DNA of 64,000 nt from contig CAVSHB010000004.1 in the NCBI GenBank assembly GCA_963727775.1, positions 96,001-160,000 on the forward strand, given 5' to 3'. Positions 18,039 to 28,038 of this stretch are shown here, in pieces; the first letter of the stretch is position 1; each line of letters opens with the position of its first letter. The notes under the pieces were generated by a model, which was given only the letters and a program-made list of their open reading frames with translations, was not told where the DNA came from and did not search any database. Both the position numbers and the translations under genes were made by a program. This DNA comes from an uncultured Nitrospiraceae bacterium (GTDB lineage Bacteria > Nitrospirota > Thermodesulfovibrionia > Thermodesulfovibrionales > SM23-35).

Positions 18039-18887
18039 TTAGCCTGCAGCGTTCGCGGCCTGTACGGTATTGTACATGAGCATCGCTATTGTCATTGGGC
18101 CCGCGCCGCCCGGAACAGGCGTGATAAAAGCCGCGAGCTCCTTGGCGGCTTCAAAATCTACGTCGCCTACGATCTTGCCTTCTTCATTAACATTTATGCC
18201 TATATCTATTATCGCGGCCCCTTCTTTTATCCAGTCACCTTTTACAAATTTCGGCTTTCCGATCGCAACACACAGGATGTCCGCCCTGAGACATTCTGCC
18301 TTGAGGTCCGCAGTCCTGCTGTGGCAGATCGTGACAGTCGCATTTTTCCTCAGCAGAAGCAATGCCAGCGGCTTTCCGACAATCACACTTCTCCCCAGGA
18401 CAACCGCGTGTTTTCCGGACGGGTCAATGCCGTAGGCTTCGAGCATCTTCATGGCGCCGTGTGGAGTGCACGGAAGATATCCTGCTTCATCAAGGACCAG
18501 CCTGCCGAGAGACTGCGGCCCGAATCCGTCCACATCCTTCTCAGGCGCGATCCTGTTCATGACCTCTTTTTCATCAAGACCTTTCGGCAAAGGGAGCTGG
18601 ATGAGAATCCCGTGGACTTTTTTATCGCTATTCAGCGCGTCTACCAGCTTCATGAGTTCTTCCTGTGTAGTTGTCTCCGGTATTTTATGCGCTATGCTCG
18701 TTATCCCGAGCTGAACGCACGTTTTTTCCTTTGAGGCGACATATTTTTTAGACGCGGGGTTTTCTCCCACGAGAACAACGGCGAGACATGGATCGATACC
18801 CCTTGCCTTCAGATCTGCGATCTTCTTTTTCAGGTCCTCCTGAATGTCTGCCGCTACCTTTTTACCATCGATTATTTGCGCTGACAT
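18039..18887 (-). CDS. folD: Methylene-THF dehydrogenase/cyclohydrolase
   Basis: GILIQLPLP, KDVDG, PCTP, GRSVIVGKP and TPVPGGAGPMT motifs. Confidence 0.96.
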   Translation of the reverse strand: MSAQIIDGKKVAADIQEDLKKKIADLKARGIDPCLAVVLVGENPASKKYVASKEKTCVQLGITSIAHKIPETTTQEELMKLVDALNSDKKVHGILIQLPLPKGLDEKEVMNRIAPEKDVDGFGPQSLGRLVLDEAGYLPCTPHGAMKMLEAYGIDPSGKHAVVLGRSVIVGKPLALLLLRKNATVTICHSRTADLKAECLRADILCVAIGKPKFVKGDWIKEGAAIIDIGINVNEEGKIVGDVDFEAAKELAAFITPVPGGAGPMTIAMLMYNTVQAANAAG

Positions 18888-19081
18888 TTTCCCTCCGTAT
18901 TTACAGGAATTTTTGATAATGCAGATGTTGTGATTAAATTTATTTTTCGATACAAAATCGTACCTTCAATCGATGATTCCCGGAATATCTATTCGATAGA
19001 ACAAATAGAGATAATACCAATAATCCATCGAGTTAAATAAATTTATGAACAATATCTGCATTATTCCAATTAAAGAACAGA

Positions 19082-19645
19082 CTAATCCCTTTTCTTGATA
19101 AGCTCCAATAATTCTTCTCTTGTAGACTGTTTGGTCCTGAATATCCCTCTGACAGCCGATGTGACCGTACGCGAACCTGACTTCTTTACCCCTCTCATAC
19201 TTATGCACAAATGCTCCGCATCAATAATAACCATCGCGCCCTTTGGCTTCAGTTTATTCATTATTAAATCGGCAAGTTGCGTTGTTAAACGCTCCTGCAC
19301 CTGCAGCCTCTTTGCCAGGACCTCGACAGATTTGACAAGCTCGCTTAGTCCTACAATCTTTCCGCCGGAAGGGATATACGCAACATGCACCTTCCCTATG
19401 AATGGAAGCATATGATGCTCGCAGACGGAATAAAACGGGATATCTTTAAGGAGCACCATCTCGTCGTGGGTTTCGCCCTCAATAGCTTTCAGTAATTCTT
19501 CAGTGGGGGTCTCAAGGCCGGCGAATATCTCCTGGTACATCCTTGCAACACGTTCAGGAGTCTCTTTGATACCGGACCTTTCCGGGTCTTCACCGATCCC
19601 TTCGAGAATCATCCTTACGCCTTTTTCTATTTTTTTAAGATCCAT
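19082..19645 (-). CDS. folE: GTP cyclohydrolase I
   Basis: [26 protein letters not shown] and HLCISMRG motifs. Confidence 0.95.
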   Translation of the reverse strand: MDLKKIEKGVRMILEGIGEDPERSGIKETPERVARMYQEIFAGLETPTEELLKAIEGETHDEMVLLKDIPFYSVCEHHMLPFIGKVHVAYIPSGGKIVGLSELVKSVEVLAKRLQVQERLTTQLADLIMNKLKPKGAMVIIDAEHLCISMRGVKKSGSRTVTSAVRGIFRTKQSTREELLELIKKRD

Positions 19646-19744
19646 TTCTCCTGCCGCCTAACAGCGAATTTCTTCGCATTTTAGCATTAGTTATTATTCC
19701 CTGTCAAAAAATAATAATCTTTTGCTTAATGATTAAATTGGGAA

Positions 19745-20548
19745 TCATTTACTGATGGTCCCCCCAAAAACCTTTCTTATCTCATTTAACAATTCCTTAT
19801 GTATCAAAGGCACGCCGGCAATGATGTTTCCTGTTGATAAATGATCTCCACTGCCTCCAAAATCCGTAACAACCCCGCCCGCTTCTTTGATCAGGATCTC
19901 TCCTGCAGCGATATCCCATGGGCTGAGACCTAACTCAAAAAAACCTTCACATCTGCCGCAGGCGAGGTAAGCAAGATCAAGTGCTGCAGAGCCGGCCCTT
20001 CTCAGGTCGCTGACCTTCATAAAGATATTCTTAAAAAGCTTCAAATACGGATCAACAAATTCTTTTTTACGAAAAGGAAATCCTGTAGTAATTAAACTGT
20101 CTTTCAGATCTTTAGCTGAAGACACCCTTATCCGGCGTTCATTCAAAAAAGCACCCTTGCCCTTTTCTGCGGTAAAAAGCTCGTTCCTTAACGGGTCAAA
20201 AACAACACCCAAAATTATATCTTTTTGGTATTCAAGGGCTATTGATACTGAAAAAAAAGGAAACCCGTGTATATAGTTAGTAGTGCCGTCCAATGGGTCT
20301 ATGATCCATCGATATCTGCCTGTCCCGGTTTCTTTTACGGATTCCTCCATCAAAAAAAGATGGTGAGGAAAATTTTTCCTAATAGTTTTTATGATGACAT
20401 CTTCGGATTCCCTGTCGACGCGCGTAACAAAATCCGATGTCTGCTTGAGCGTAATGTCTTCCGCTGATATCTTTCCGAGATTGTCGAGGATGACTTTTCC
20501 GGCAAGCCTCGCAGCCTGAACAGTAACAGCAATGAATTCATTCTTCAT
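19745..20548 (-). CDS. suhB: Inositol monophosphatase family protein
   Basis: WIIDPLDGTTNY, GSAALDL and WDIAAG motifs. Confidence 0.9.
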   Translation of the reverse strand: MKNEFIAVTVQAARLAGKVILDNLGKISAEDITLKQTSDFVTRVDRESEDVIIKTIRKNFPHHLFLMEESVKETGTGRYRWIIDPLDGTTNYIHGFPFFSVSIALEYQKDIILGVVFDPLRNELFTAEKGKGAFLNERRIRVSSAKDLKDSLITTGFPFRKKEFVDPYLKLFKNIFMKVSDLRRAGSAALDLAYLACGRCEGFFELGLSPWDIAAGEILIKEAGGVVTDFGGSGDHLSTGNIIAGVPLIHKELLNEIRKVFGGTISK

Positions 20549-21111
20549 GGAATCCGGAGCACCCTTTTATCAGTAACAAGCATGTCCACTTTCACATCGT
20601 GTTCCTCTGAGGGGATAGAGTCAACAATCTGTTCTTCATACGCAAGCGCGATAACAGCGACATCCTTCTTTTTATTCGACAACAGGATATCATAATATCC
20701 CGCCCCGTATCCGAGCCTGTTCCCTGACAAGTCAAATCCCGCGCCGGGGACAATAATAATATCTATCTCTTCAAGTTCAGCAAGCCTTTCACCTTGCGCA
20801 GGCGGTTCAGGGATGCCCATATAACCGGAGGTTAATTCAGTCACGTCTTTTATTTCATACAAAACCAAGACGTGCCTATCCGCAGCTACCTTAGGAAGCA
20901 AAACACGTTTGCCCATGCCGAGCGACTCTTGCATCATGCTCAAGGTGTTCACTTCGGACCTGAATGAAGCGTAAAAAAAAATTGTTTGTGCATTAGTGAA
21001 TTCAGGCGTTGAATAAAGCCTTTTCTTTATGAGAGAGTCCTTTTGCGCTTTCAGGTCAGGCGGGATCTCATCCCTTTTTCTTAACACTTCTCTTCTTATC
21101 GCTTTTTTCAT
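20545..21111 (-). CDS. 5-formyltetrahydrofolate cyclo-ligase
   Basis: IIVPG.GFD..GNRLGYGAGYYD and EEHD motifs. Confidence 0.93.
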   Translation of the reverse strand: MKKAIRREVLRKRDEIPPDLKAQKDSLIKKRLYSTPEFTNAQTIFFYASFRSEVNTLSMMQESLGMGKRVLLPKVAADRHVLVLYEIKDVTELTSGYMGIPEPPAQGERLAELEEIDIIIVPGAGFDLSGNRLGYGAGYYDILLSNKKKDVAVIALAYEEQIVDSIPSEEHDVKVDMLVTDKRVLRIP

Positions 21112-21377
21112 CTTGAAACAGTTTTAATGGAACTTGGATTTTATGTATATTTAAGTTTACTTTTAATTGACAGTTTTGGGAAGTATTTTACATTACAGTT
21201 CAATACAACTTTGGGCTAAATCAGGGTGGTATGTTTCACTCCGTAATATGGCGTCCATGTTTGCGACTGTCACCTACAAGCCAATGCATTTAACCAATCA
21301 GAAATAATGAAGATTATCGATTGTAATACACATAATAAACCGAGATAGACAGTATTGTGAAAACCATCACTACGGAA

Positions 21378-21680
21378 TTACTTACGTTTTAAAGGAATGA
21401 CCTTCTTTCTGCTTTTCTTGCTTTTAGGGGAATCCCATTCTTTTGTACTGGTATAAACCGTGCAGACTTGTTTCTTCTCACAGGCATAGCAATACCCATC
21501 GCAGCTGTCATCAACGTAACTAAACCCCAACTCAGAAAGTATTTTGCTGAACTGTTCAGGGTCATGCACATATTGATCAAACTTCTCAACCATTTCTTCA
21601 AAACTTAGCTTTTTTCCTGATGGTTTTATCGGAGTGATTTTTCTTTTCCCGTTGAAGGGATCAGGTTTTTTTGATTTCAA
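21378..21680 (-). CDS. Hypothetical protein with C-x3-CxxC-x5-C motif
   Basis: 100-aa ORF containing CDGYCYACEKKQVC. Confidence 0.55.
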   Translation of the reverse strand: MKSKKPDPFNGKRKITPIKPSGKKLSFEEMVEKFDQYVHDPEQFSKILSELGFSYVDDSCDGYCYACEKKQVCTVYTSTKEWDSPKSKKSRKKVIPLKRK

Positions 21681-21856
21681 GATAACATATCCTTAAAAAG
21701 CGTGGAAATACCATCGAGTCTACTATTCCATTTCAATCTTAAGCCTCCACATCCAGGATAGAGGTTATTTTTGTTGCCGTCACCAATGTTCAGACTCAGA
21801 CTCGTTATAAACCACATACAAGAAAATTTTGAGGTGAAGGAAAAAATCGTTCTTAA

Positions 21857-22216
21857 TTAATTTGATTTCATAACCACGACATCAGCAACAAGCTCCTTGC
21901 CATTATTTGCTGACTTCGTTACTTTCTTGAGAGTGAAATCTTTTCCGCAAACTAATTTTGCAACGTCTTCTGCTTTTAGGTTAGAAAATTGCCCTTGAGC
22001 TACAGTCCATGTTACTGGCCCCAAAGTAACTGCTTTGCCTTCGGCATATCCTGCCACCATTGCGGTAACATTCCCTGTTCCGTTGTCATATATTGCTCCT
22101 AGTCTTCCCGAAACTGCGGAGACTGATGAATCTGCATAAGCCAGAGTTGCTCCGATGGAAACCGTTACTAATAACAAAACACTGAACAATAATCTCACTT
22201 TGCTCTTTTTACACAT
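21857..22216 (-). CDS. Exported hypothetical protein
   Basis: Signal peptide ending AYA; RBS GAGGGG upstream. Confidence 0.65.
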   Translation of the reverse strand: MCKKSKVRLLFSVLLLVTVSIGATLAYADSSVSAVSGRLGAIYDNGTGNVTAMVAGYAEGKAVTLGPVTWTVAQGQFSNLKAEDVAKLVCGKDFTLKKVTKSANNGKELVADVVVMKSN

Positions 22217-22392
22217 TTCACCCCTCGCTTTTTTCTCGACAAAAGTTTGTAAGAGAAAATCTGATCCCCCAAAACATTTCTTCCTTCACCTCTCATCCAT
22301 GCCCATATGTCTCCGTAGTCACCAACACTTTTCAATATTTCTATTGAATTTTGTTTAGTCATAATAATTCCCTTGATATGTATTTGATCAAT

Positions 22393-22827
22393 TCAATTGG
22401 CAAATAATTCAAATACTTCTTTAAATTCTTCAGAGAGATTCACAAATTCACCGAGTTGGGGATCGACATCTGTTCTATACCGGCTTTTTTCATGTTCATC
22501 CAATAAATCTATAAGTCCCTTTATCTTTTCCTGTGAATCATCTGTGAATTTCAAGCCAGCTGTAAATATGGGAATAATATTGCCTTTATGATCGGCTTTG
22601 GATTCAGTCAATAAAGACCATACGACAACCACTTTTATCCGTATGTCAATCTCTTTAGTTTCCATCTGGAGTAGATACTCTTTCCCAATATTCAATCGCC
22701 TATCGGCTTTCAATGAGGTTCCTCCCATACTTAAATTATTAATTATCACCTCATCGGCCAAAGCTATTTTGACATTGATTTCAAGGTCATTTATTTTGTG
22801 CCTCTTATATTTTCTCTTATCTTCCAT
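22393..22827 (-). CDS. PilZ-domain protein
   Basis: KRKYKR and NLSMGG motifs. Confidence 0.85.
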   Translation of the reverse strand: MEDKRKYKRHKINDLEINVKIALADEVIINNLSMGGTSLKADRRLNIGKEYLLQMETKEIDIRIKVVVVWSLLTESKADHKGNIIPIFTAGLKFTDDSQEKIKGLIDLLDEHEKSRYRTDVDPQLGEFVNLSEEFKEVFELFAN

Positions 22828-22930
22828 ATCATTTATCTAAGACATTGTTGGCATATCGGAGAGATTCAGCTTATATTTTAGAGTTTTCAACAAGAGAAGC
22901 AATCCTACCTGGGTAGGGGGAGATATTTTT

Positions 22931-23533
22931 TTATTTTTTAAGTATTTGGTCTGGATTTTGCTGCTCGGAAGAATATATGAGGGTTCGCATAAGTGCCATT
23001 CTGTTTTCAACACCTATTTTCACATAAATGTTGCTCAGATGGTCTTTTACAGTCTGTTCTGTTATTTCAACATCCTCTGCAATTTCAGTGTTTTTTAAGC
23101 CATCGAGGACACGTCTAAGAATATCTGTTTCCTTTCTTGTCAATCTGTATTGCCGTCTTATTTCATTCATTTCCAATTTATTTGAAATCTTTTCTTCCAT
23201 AATGAATATTACAACAAGCGGGTTTGGGGGTTCACATATCAAAACACTAAACCTCCAATTGCTCGGAGAGCCATCAAACTTTTTTGTAAAATGGACTTCT
23301 CCTGGAAATAGTTCATTAATTTTAGATGCTTTTATGGCATAAAAAATTCTTCTGTTTAGAGTTGTTATCTCATCTGGAAGTTTCTGTCTGTTGAGAAAAT
23401 ATCTCGCTTGCCTATTACTGTAGACAATATCCAGTTTCTCATCAAAGACAATGACACCTGTGGGTATTTTATAAAGGATATGATCGGTAAGCTGATTGTT
23501 GAAGCACAGGTTATCAGTGTTCATCAACTTCAC
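22931..23533 (-). CDS. PAS-like/LuxR HTH transcriptional regulator
   Basis: LTRKE...GLKNTEIA...TVKDHLSNIY.K. Confidence 0.88.
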   Translation of the reverse strand: MKLMNTDNLCFNNQLTDHILYKIPTGVIVFDEKLDIVYSNRQARYFLNRQKLPDEITTLNRRIFYAIKASKINELFPGEVHFTKKFDGSPSNWRFSVLICEPPNPLVVIFIMEEKISNKLEMNEIRRQYRLTRKETDILRRVLDGLKNTEIAEDVEITEQTVKDHLSNIYVKIGVENRMALMRTLIYSSEQQNPDQILKK

Positions 23534-23767
23534 CTATATTCTACAATTCCTATAAAGTTCCGCTCTTGTTGGACACAAACAAGCATAGGAATCTCCAAAT
23601 GAAAGTTTATAAGAACAAAACCCTGATTTTATTGTTTCCAGAACGCATAACCCTCCAATACATCTGTCAACGTTACAGACATCCCTTGTTTCCTCATTTA
23701 AACATTTGAAATCAAATGCACATTTTGTAGTTTGCTTGAGAATTTCTTCACTAACTTTAAAAGCCAT
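23534..23767 (-). CDS. Small Cys-rich hypothetical protein
   Basis: 9 Cys in 77 aa; RBS AAGGAGG; abuts the LuxR gene. Confidence 0.7.
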   Translation of the reverse strand: MAFKVSEEILKQTTKCAFDFKCLNEETRDVCNVDRCIGGLCVLETIKSGFCSYKLSFGDSYACLCPTRAELYRNCRI

Positions 23768-23983
23768 ACCTTCTATTCAACCTCCTTTTCATACCGCCCG
23801 ATCTCAGCGGTTAATGCATAGAGTATATCAAATATCCGCCGCACAATAGGTACTGCAGGAGGAATATTGCTATTACACGTAACTTTGATTGCCCCCTCCT
23901 CCCCCCCACATTTATTTTCGCGAGAAACCTTGCGTCTGTAATAAGAACGCTACTGTGTTGAAGAGGAAGAAGCGCTTGTTAGT

Positions 23984-24259
23984 TTATTCTTTTATTCTCG
24001 AAAGTCTGTAGGTCACGAAGCCGTCCGGACAAACTATATTAACGTAATCAGCCTTCTCCCACTCCATCTTCTCTGACCACCGCATGGCAAATGCCATTGG
24101 ATGTATGGAAGCAAATGCCCGACCGCACATCCCTCCGGGTTCAGGTGTTCGAGCTGTCAGGATATAAGTTTCTCCCTTTCGGCATTTGGCTGAACCTGGG
24201 CAAGTTCCGGATTCACTGCGGACATCAACAGCTTCACATCTGATTTTATAATTAGCCAT
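23984..24259 (-). CDS. TIGR04076-like small Cys protein
   Basis: GTCP...GMCGRAF...CPDG; RBS AAGGAGG before the ATG at 24259. Confidence 0.75.
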   Translation of the reverse strand: MANYKIRCEAVDVRSESGTCPGSAKCRKGETYILTARTPEPGGMCGRAFASIHPMAFAMRWSEKMEWEKADYVNIVCPDGFVTYRLSRIKE

Positions 24260-24303
24260 CCCTACCTCCTTTGTATTGAATAGTGAATATGGGGAATGCC
24301 GTT

Positions 24304-24969
24304 GGAGAGTAGACCAGCGGAACTTCCCCGCCAGCCCCTCGCAGAACCGGACGTGAGCCTCTCGACTCATACGGCTCCCATTATTCTGTCGCTAACCTTA
24401 GCGGCTTTGTTTTATTCGATAAATCCTCCCATCTCTGGTTGTCAGTCAAATAAAACTGAATAACTCAACCCCTTCGCTCCATCCCCATTACAGGGACCTC
24501 TTCGCTACTACGAGTTGCCCCGCCCCTGTTCTCCGCATCAGTACTCTCATCCTTGGGGGTCTGCCCCTTGGATTTCTCCCTTTACATCGGAGCGACAGGT
24601 TCCCACAGTTCCACACAAAAGCCTGAATCAGACTCGCGCCACCTATATGCCGGACACCATCCATCCAGTAAACAGGTTCCCGATGGATTTATCCCAAGAT
24701 AAGTACAAGACCCTGGTTTTGATGTCATCCCCGTGCTTTCGACACGTCATCGATGGTTTACTTTCATTCGCCTTTCTGATTCACACATGACGCATTATAT
24801 TGCGCCTTTTCCCATGACGCTCAGTACCTTGGCTCTTTACCAAAGCACCCCATGGCTGTTTAAAGCCTGTCCCTGTAGACCGGCTCTGGAGGGCCTTCCT
24901 CCATCTCTTGTGCAGCTTATGCACAATTTGGTTCTTACATGAGAACCTTCTTGTGCGCCTGCGGCGCAC
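24304..24969 (-). ncRNA. ORF-less group II intron (3' end approximate)
   Basis: 5' GTGCG; domain V GAGCCGTATGAGTCGAGAGGCTCACGTCCGGTTC; domain VI ending CTACTC; no RT ORF. Confidence 0.88.
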
Positions 24970-25014
24970 TGTACCATGCATAATTATATCAGGGTTCAGG
25001 CGTGTTGAGTTCAG

Positions 25015-26627
25015 CTTACTATAAGGAAGAGGGAAAGACATGGCAATCTCGAACTGTTAAAGTTGAATATCCAAACAACATAACAGAAAGGAGAGATCAC
25101 CATGTCTGAGAAAGATTATAACAAGCAGGTAGCAAAGCGTGAAAGGATTAGTAGGGAGACCCTGGTCATAGGAGTGGACGTAGGGAATGCATGGAATGCG
25201 GTGGGGTTCATGAACAAAGAGGGCAACGTGTTGGGGAGTTGCGCCAAACTGTACAACAACCGTGAAGGATTTGAGCAGTTTGTAAAGATGACAGAGGGTT
25301 TTAAAGCAAAGTATGGCATGAACGGCGTGCTCATTGGGATGGAACCGACAGGGCACTACTGGAGGAAGCTTGCCTACTTTGGAAAAGAGAAGGGTTATGA
25401 AGTTCGGTTTGTACGGACTACGGCCCTGAAGCATCATCGGGAACTTGACGAGAGTTCCTCTGCAAAGAGCGATAAAAGAGATGCATTGACCATAACGAAT
25501 ATCACCAGAGAGGGTAAATATATCGATACCGTAATTGAAGACGGGGTGGTAAGACAGCTAAGGACATTGTCGAAAGTAAGGGAGAGACTCTTGAGATATA
25601 GCGTGGGAGCGAAAAATGCGCTTCATGCTGCACTGGATGACTATTTCCCTGAGCTGCATGAGATATTTTGGTCAATGAATTCCCGGAGTTTATGGGCAAT
25701 CCTTGATTTGTGTCCGTTTCCCGAGGATGTGGTATCGATGAAACACGCAGTTATCAAGGAACTGATCGCCCACAGCTCAAGGAAGAAGGCGGGAGCAGCC
25801 GAAAAAGCAAAAGCTCTCCAGCAGGCAGCAATAAAGAGCATTGGAGTAAAACGAATCGGCAGTACGGATCGCTACAGGGTAAAGATATGTCTGGAAGAAG
25901 TGAAACGGACCGTACTGATGCTCAAGGATATTGACCGACAGATGAAAAGCACACTAAAGGAGATCCCCTATTCGGAGTATTTATTGAGCATCCCAGGTAT
26001 AGGCCCCCTTTCAGCCGCTATCTTCTTAGGAGAGTTAGGAGACCCGGCGTATTTTCAAAACGCCCGTCAGATCGTCAAATATGCAGGATATGATCCACAG
26101 GAGAGCGATTCCGGTTATAGGATAAGCCGCAAGTTCATATCCAAAAAGGGACGCTGGCTCTTAAGGAAGTGTCTTTTCTTTATGAGCATGAGGGTGGTAG
26201 TCCTCACCAACTATTTTCAAGAATATTATCAACGAAAATTGCAGACAAAGAACCGGTTTGGTCAACTGCCGAGGAAGAAAGAGATCCTGTGCGCAGTAGC
26301 AATAAAGCTGATCAAGCTAATCTTTGCACTCTTAAGAGACAAACGGAGATTTCAGGATACGGTAACAATTGCTGCTTAGTATATGGGAGTAAACAGTGGT
26401 TGTGGTGGAAGAAGGACCGTGCTTCTTCGTAAGCTAAAAAGAAGGCTTGTAGGATTCAGCTTGGTCAACTTCCACCATCCTTTCGACCTGAATAAGGTAA
26501 GTTGAGCTATAAGGCTCGTAGAACAAAAGAGGTTAGGTGAAAAGGTAAAAGGTTGAAGTAACACCACAACCATTTCAGCTTTAACAGAGAAAGACAAGAA
26601 AAAAACTTGACTTCTTCCTTAGAAGAG
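25015..26627 (+). mobile_element. IS110-family (IS1111-type) element
   Basis: Sub-terminal IRs TAAGGAAGA / TCTTCCTTA; AG core at 25013-25014 and 26626-26627; structured 3' non-coding region. Confidence 0.75.
25102..26379 (+). CDS. IS110 DEDD recombinase
   Basis: IGVDVG, MEPTGHYW, KSDKRDA, SIPGIG and ESDSG...ISKKG motifs. Confidence 0.95.
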   Translation: MSEKDYNKQVAKRERISRETLVIGVDVGNAWNAVGFMNKEGNVLGSCAKLYNNREGFEQFVKMTEGFKAKYGMNGVLIGMEPTGHYWRKLAYFGKEKGYEVRFVRTTALKHHRELDESSSAKSDKRDALTITNITREGKYIDTVIEDGVVRQLRTLSKVRERLLRYSVGAKNALHAALDDYFPELHEIFWSMNSRSLWAILDLCPFPEDVVSMKHAVIKELIAHSSRKKAGAAEKAKALQQAAIKSIGVKRIGSTDRYRVKICLEEVKRTVLMLKDIDRQMKSTLKEIPYSEYLLSIPGIGPLSAAIFLGELGDPAYFQNARQIVKYAGYDPQESDSGYRISRKFISKKGRWLLRKCLFFMSMRVVVLTNYFQEYYQRKLQTKNRFGQLPRKKEILCAVAIKLIKLIFALLRDKRRFQDTVTIAA

Positions 26628-26642
26628 GAAGATATTGATTCA

Positions 26643-26909
26643 TTAATATTTTTTACCGAAATCCTGCCTGGTCAACAGTCTAACGACTGTAACAGTATTA
26701 CTTTTCCATTCAAAGACTACCCTGTAATCCCCTATCCTCAAGCGATATATATCTTTATATCCTTTGAGTTTCTTGATATGCTTACCATCCGGATGAGGAT
26801 TTGTTTCGAGTCTCAAACATGATGAAAGGATTTGGGCTATCTCGTCTTCAGATAGATCATATAAGTCCTTCTGTGCCTTTTCAGTAAAGACGACCCTGAA
26901 TTCAGGCAC
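26643..26909 (-). CDS. RelE/ParE toxin
   Basis: KKLKG...YRLRIGDYRVVF. Confidence 0.9.
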   Translation of the reverse strand: MPEFRVVFTEKAQKDLYDLSEDEIAQILSSCLRLETNPHPDGKHIKKLKGYKDIYRLRIGDYRVVFEWKSNTVTVVRLLTRQDFGKKY

Positions 26910-27162
26910 GCTTTCTTGCTTTTATGATATTTCTCAAGGGTATAATTTTTCCCTCTCTGCTGTCTCTCAGCCCTTCTTCAATTTTTTTTCGGATACCGGG
27001 GCTATGCTGAATCATATAATCCTCAATCGTATCTTCGCTGAGTGGATATATAACGGCAGCAGGTTTGCCTCGTTTGGTGATGATTACATCCTCCCCCTTT
27101 TCAACAAGCCTGATAATGCCGGAAGCATCTTTCTGGAGTTCTTTCACATTTGCAAATTTCAT
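26902..27162 (-). CDS. Phd/YefM antitoxin
   Basis: GEDVIITKRGKPAAVI; overlaps the toxin start. Confidence 0.88.
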   Translation of the reverse strand: MKFANVKELQKDASGIIRLVEKGEDVIITKRGKPAAVIYPLSEDTIEDYMIQHSPGIRKKIEEGLRDSREGKIIPLRNIIKARKRA

Positions 27163-27339
27163 AAATTACCTCGTATGTAGTTTTGTATATACATTAAAAT
27201 ATTTATTGCGATCTGTCAACAGCACATTTATCCGGATTCAACCGCAATGCTTCTGCCCGTATTTTACCCAAGCCTCATGCTCAACTTCTTCCCGAGCACA
27301 AGTAACACTTAAATTCCATAAAAATTATATAATTACATT

Positions 27340-28038
27340 ATGGTCTCATCAACCGAAATAATCCTCAGGCTATTGCTCGGCGCGCTCATCGGCGGGATAA
27401 TAGGGTATGAAAGACAGATCCACGGCAGGCCCGCCGGGTTCAGGACCCATATACTTGTCTGCATCGCTTCTGTCCTGTTAATGCTCGTCTCCGAATACTA
27501 CCATTATCTCAGCATATTAGATCCTTCATACGCAAGGGTTGACCCCGGAAGAATTGCAGCGGGCGCAATAACCGGCGTAGGGTTTCTCGGAGCGGGAGTC
27601 GTATTAAAAACAGGCTTTACAATCCAGGGATTGACCACTGCCGCATGTATCTGGGTTGTATCTGCAATAGGGCTTGCAGTCGGCAGCGGCCTTTATCTCG
27701 CGGGTATCGTTACTTTCCTGATAACAATTACCACCCTTTCCTTTTTAAGAATTGCTGAAAGAAAGATGCCCAGGCTATCTTCCAGATTTCTGGTCCTGAC
27801 CGGAGACGAGAACGCAAGCGAACAGGAAATTGTCTCTATTATTCAGAAGTACGGCTTGTCTATAAAAAATATAGATTATGAAAAGGCTATTGACAGTAAA
27901 AAGACAGTGTTTCACTTTTCCGTTACCTTTTACAACCAAGGTTCGATTAAGGCATTGCTGGATGAACTCTCCGCGCTCAGTTTTATGAAAAGAATCAGCA
28001 TAAAAAGCCGGAATTATGAGCAGCATAACGATTTTTAA
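27340..28038 (+). CDS. MgtC/SapB-family membrane protein
   Basis: GYERQ...PAGFRTH, DPGRIAA..GVGFLGAG and GLTTAA motifs. Confidence 0.92.
   Translation: MVSSTEIILRLLLGALIGGIIGYERQIHGRPAGFRTHILVCIASVLLMLVSEYYHYLSILDPSYARVDPGRIAAGAITGVGFLGAGVVLKTGFTIQGLTTAACIWVVSAIGLAVGSGLYLAGIVTFLITITTLSFLRIAERKMPRLSSRFLVLTGDENASEQEIVSIIQKYGLSIKNIDYEKAIDSKKTVFHFSVTFYNQGSIKALLDELSALSFMKRISIKSRNYEQHNDF

Noticed and set aside
17875..19081. THF or ZTP riboswitch around folD
   Set aside because: No recognisable aptamer motifs in the intergenic segments.
21112..21375. 6S RNA upstream of 5-formyl-THF cyclo-ligase
   Set aside because: The synteny is common, but no long rod-like hairpin could be recognised.
23984..24370. 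128-aa ORF as listed in the track
   Set aside because: The N-terminal extension runs through intron domains V/VI; the RBS-supported start is 24259.
24304..24969. Intron as an attC-targeting class IIC element
   Set aside because: The flanks are neither attC nor a terminator hairpin, and the RNA looks too long for IIC.
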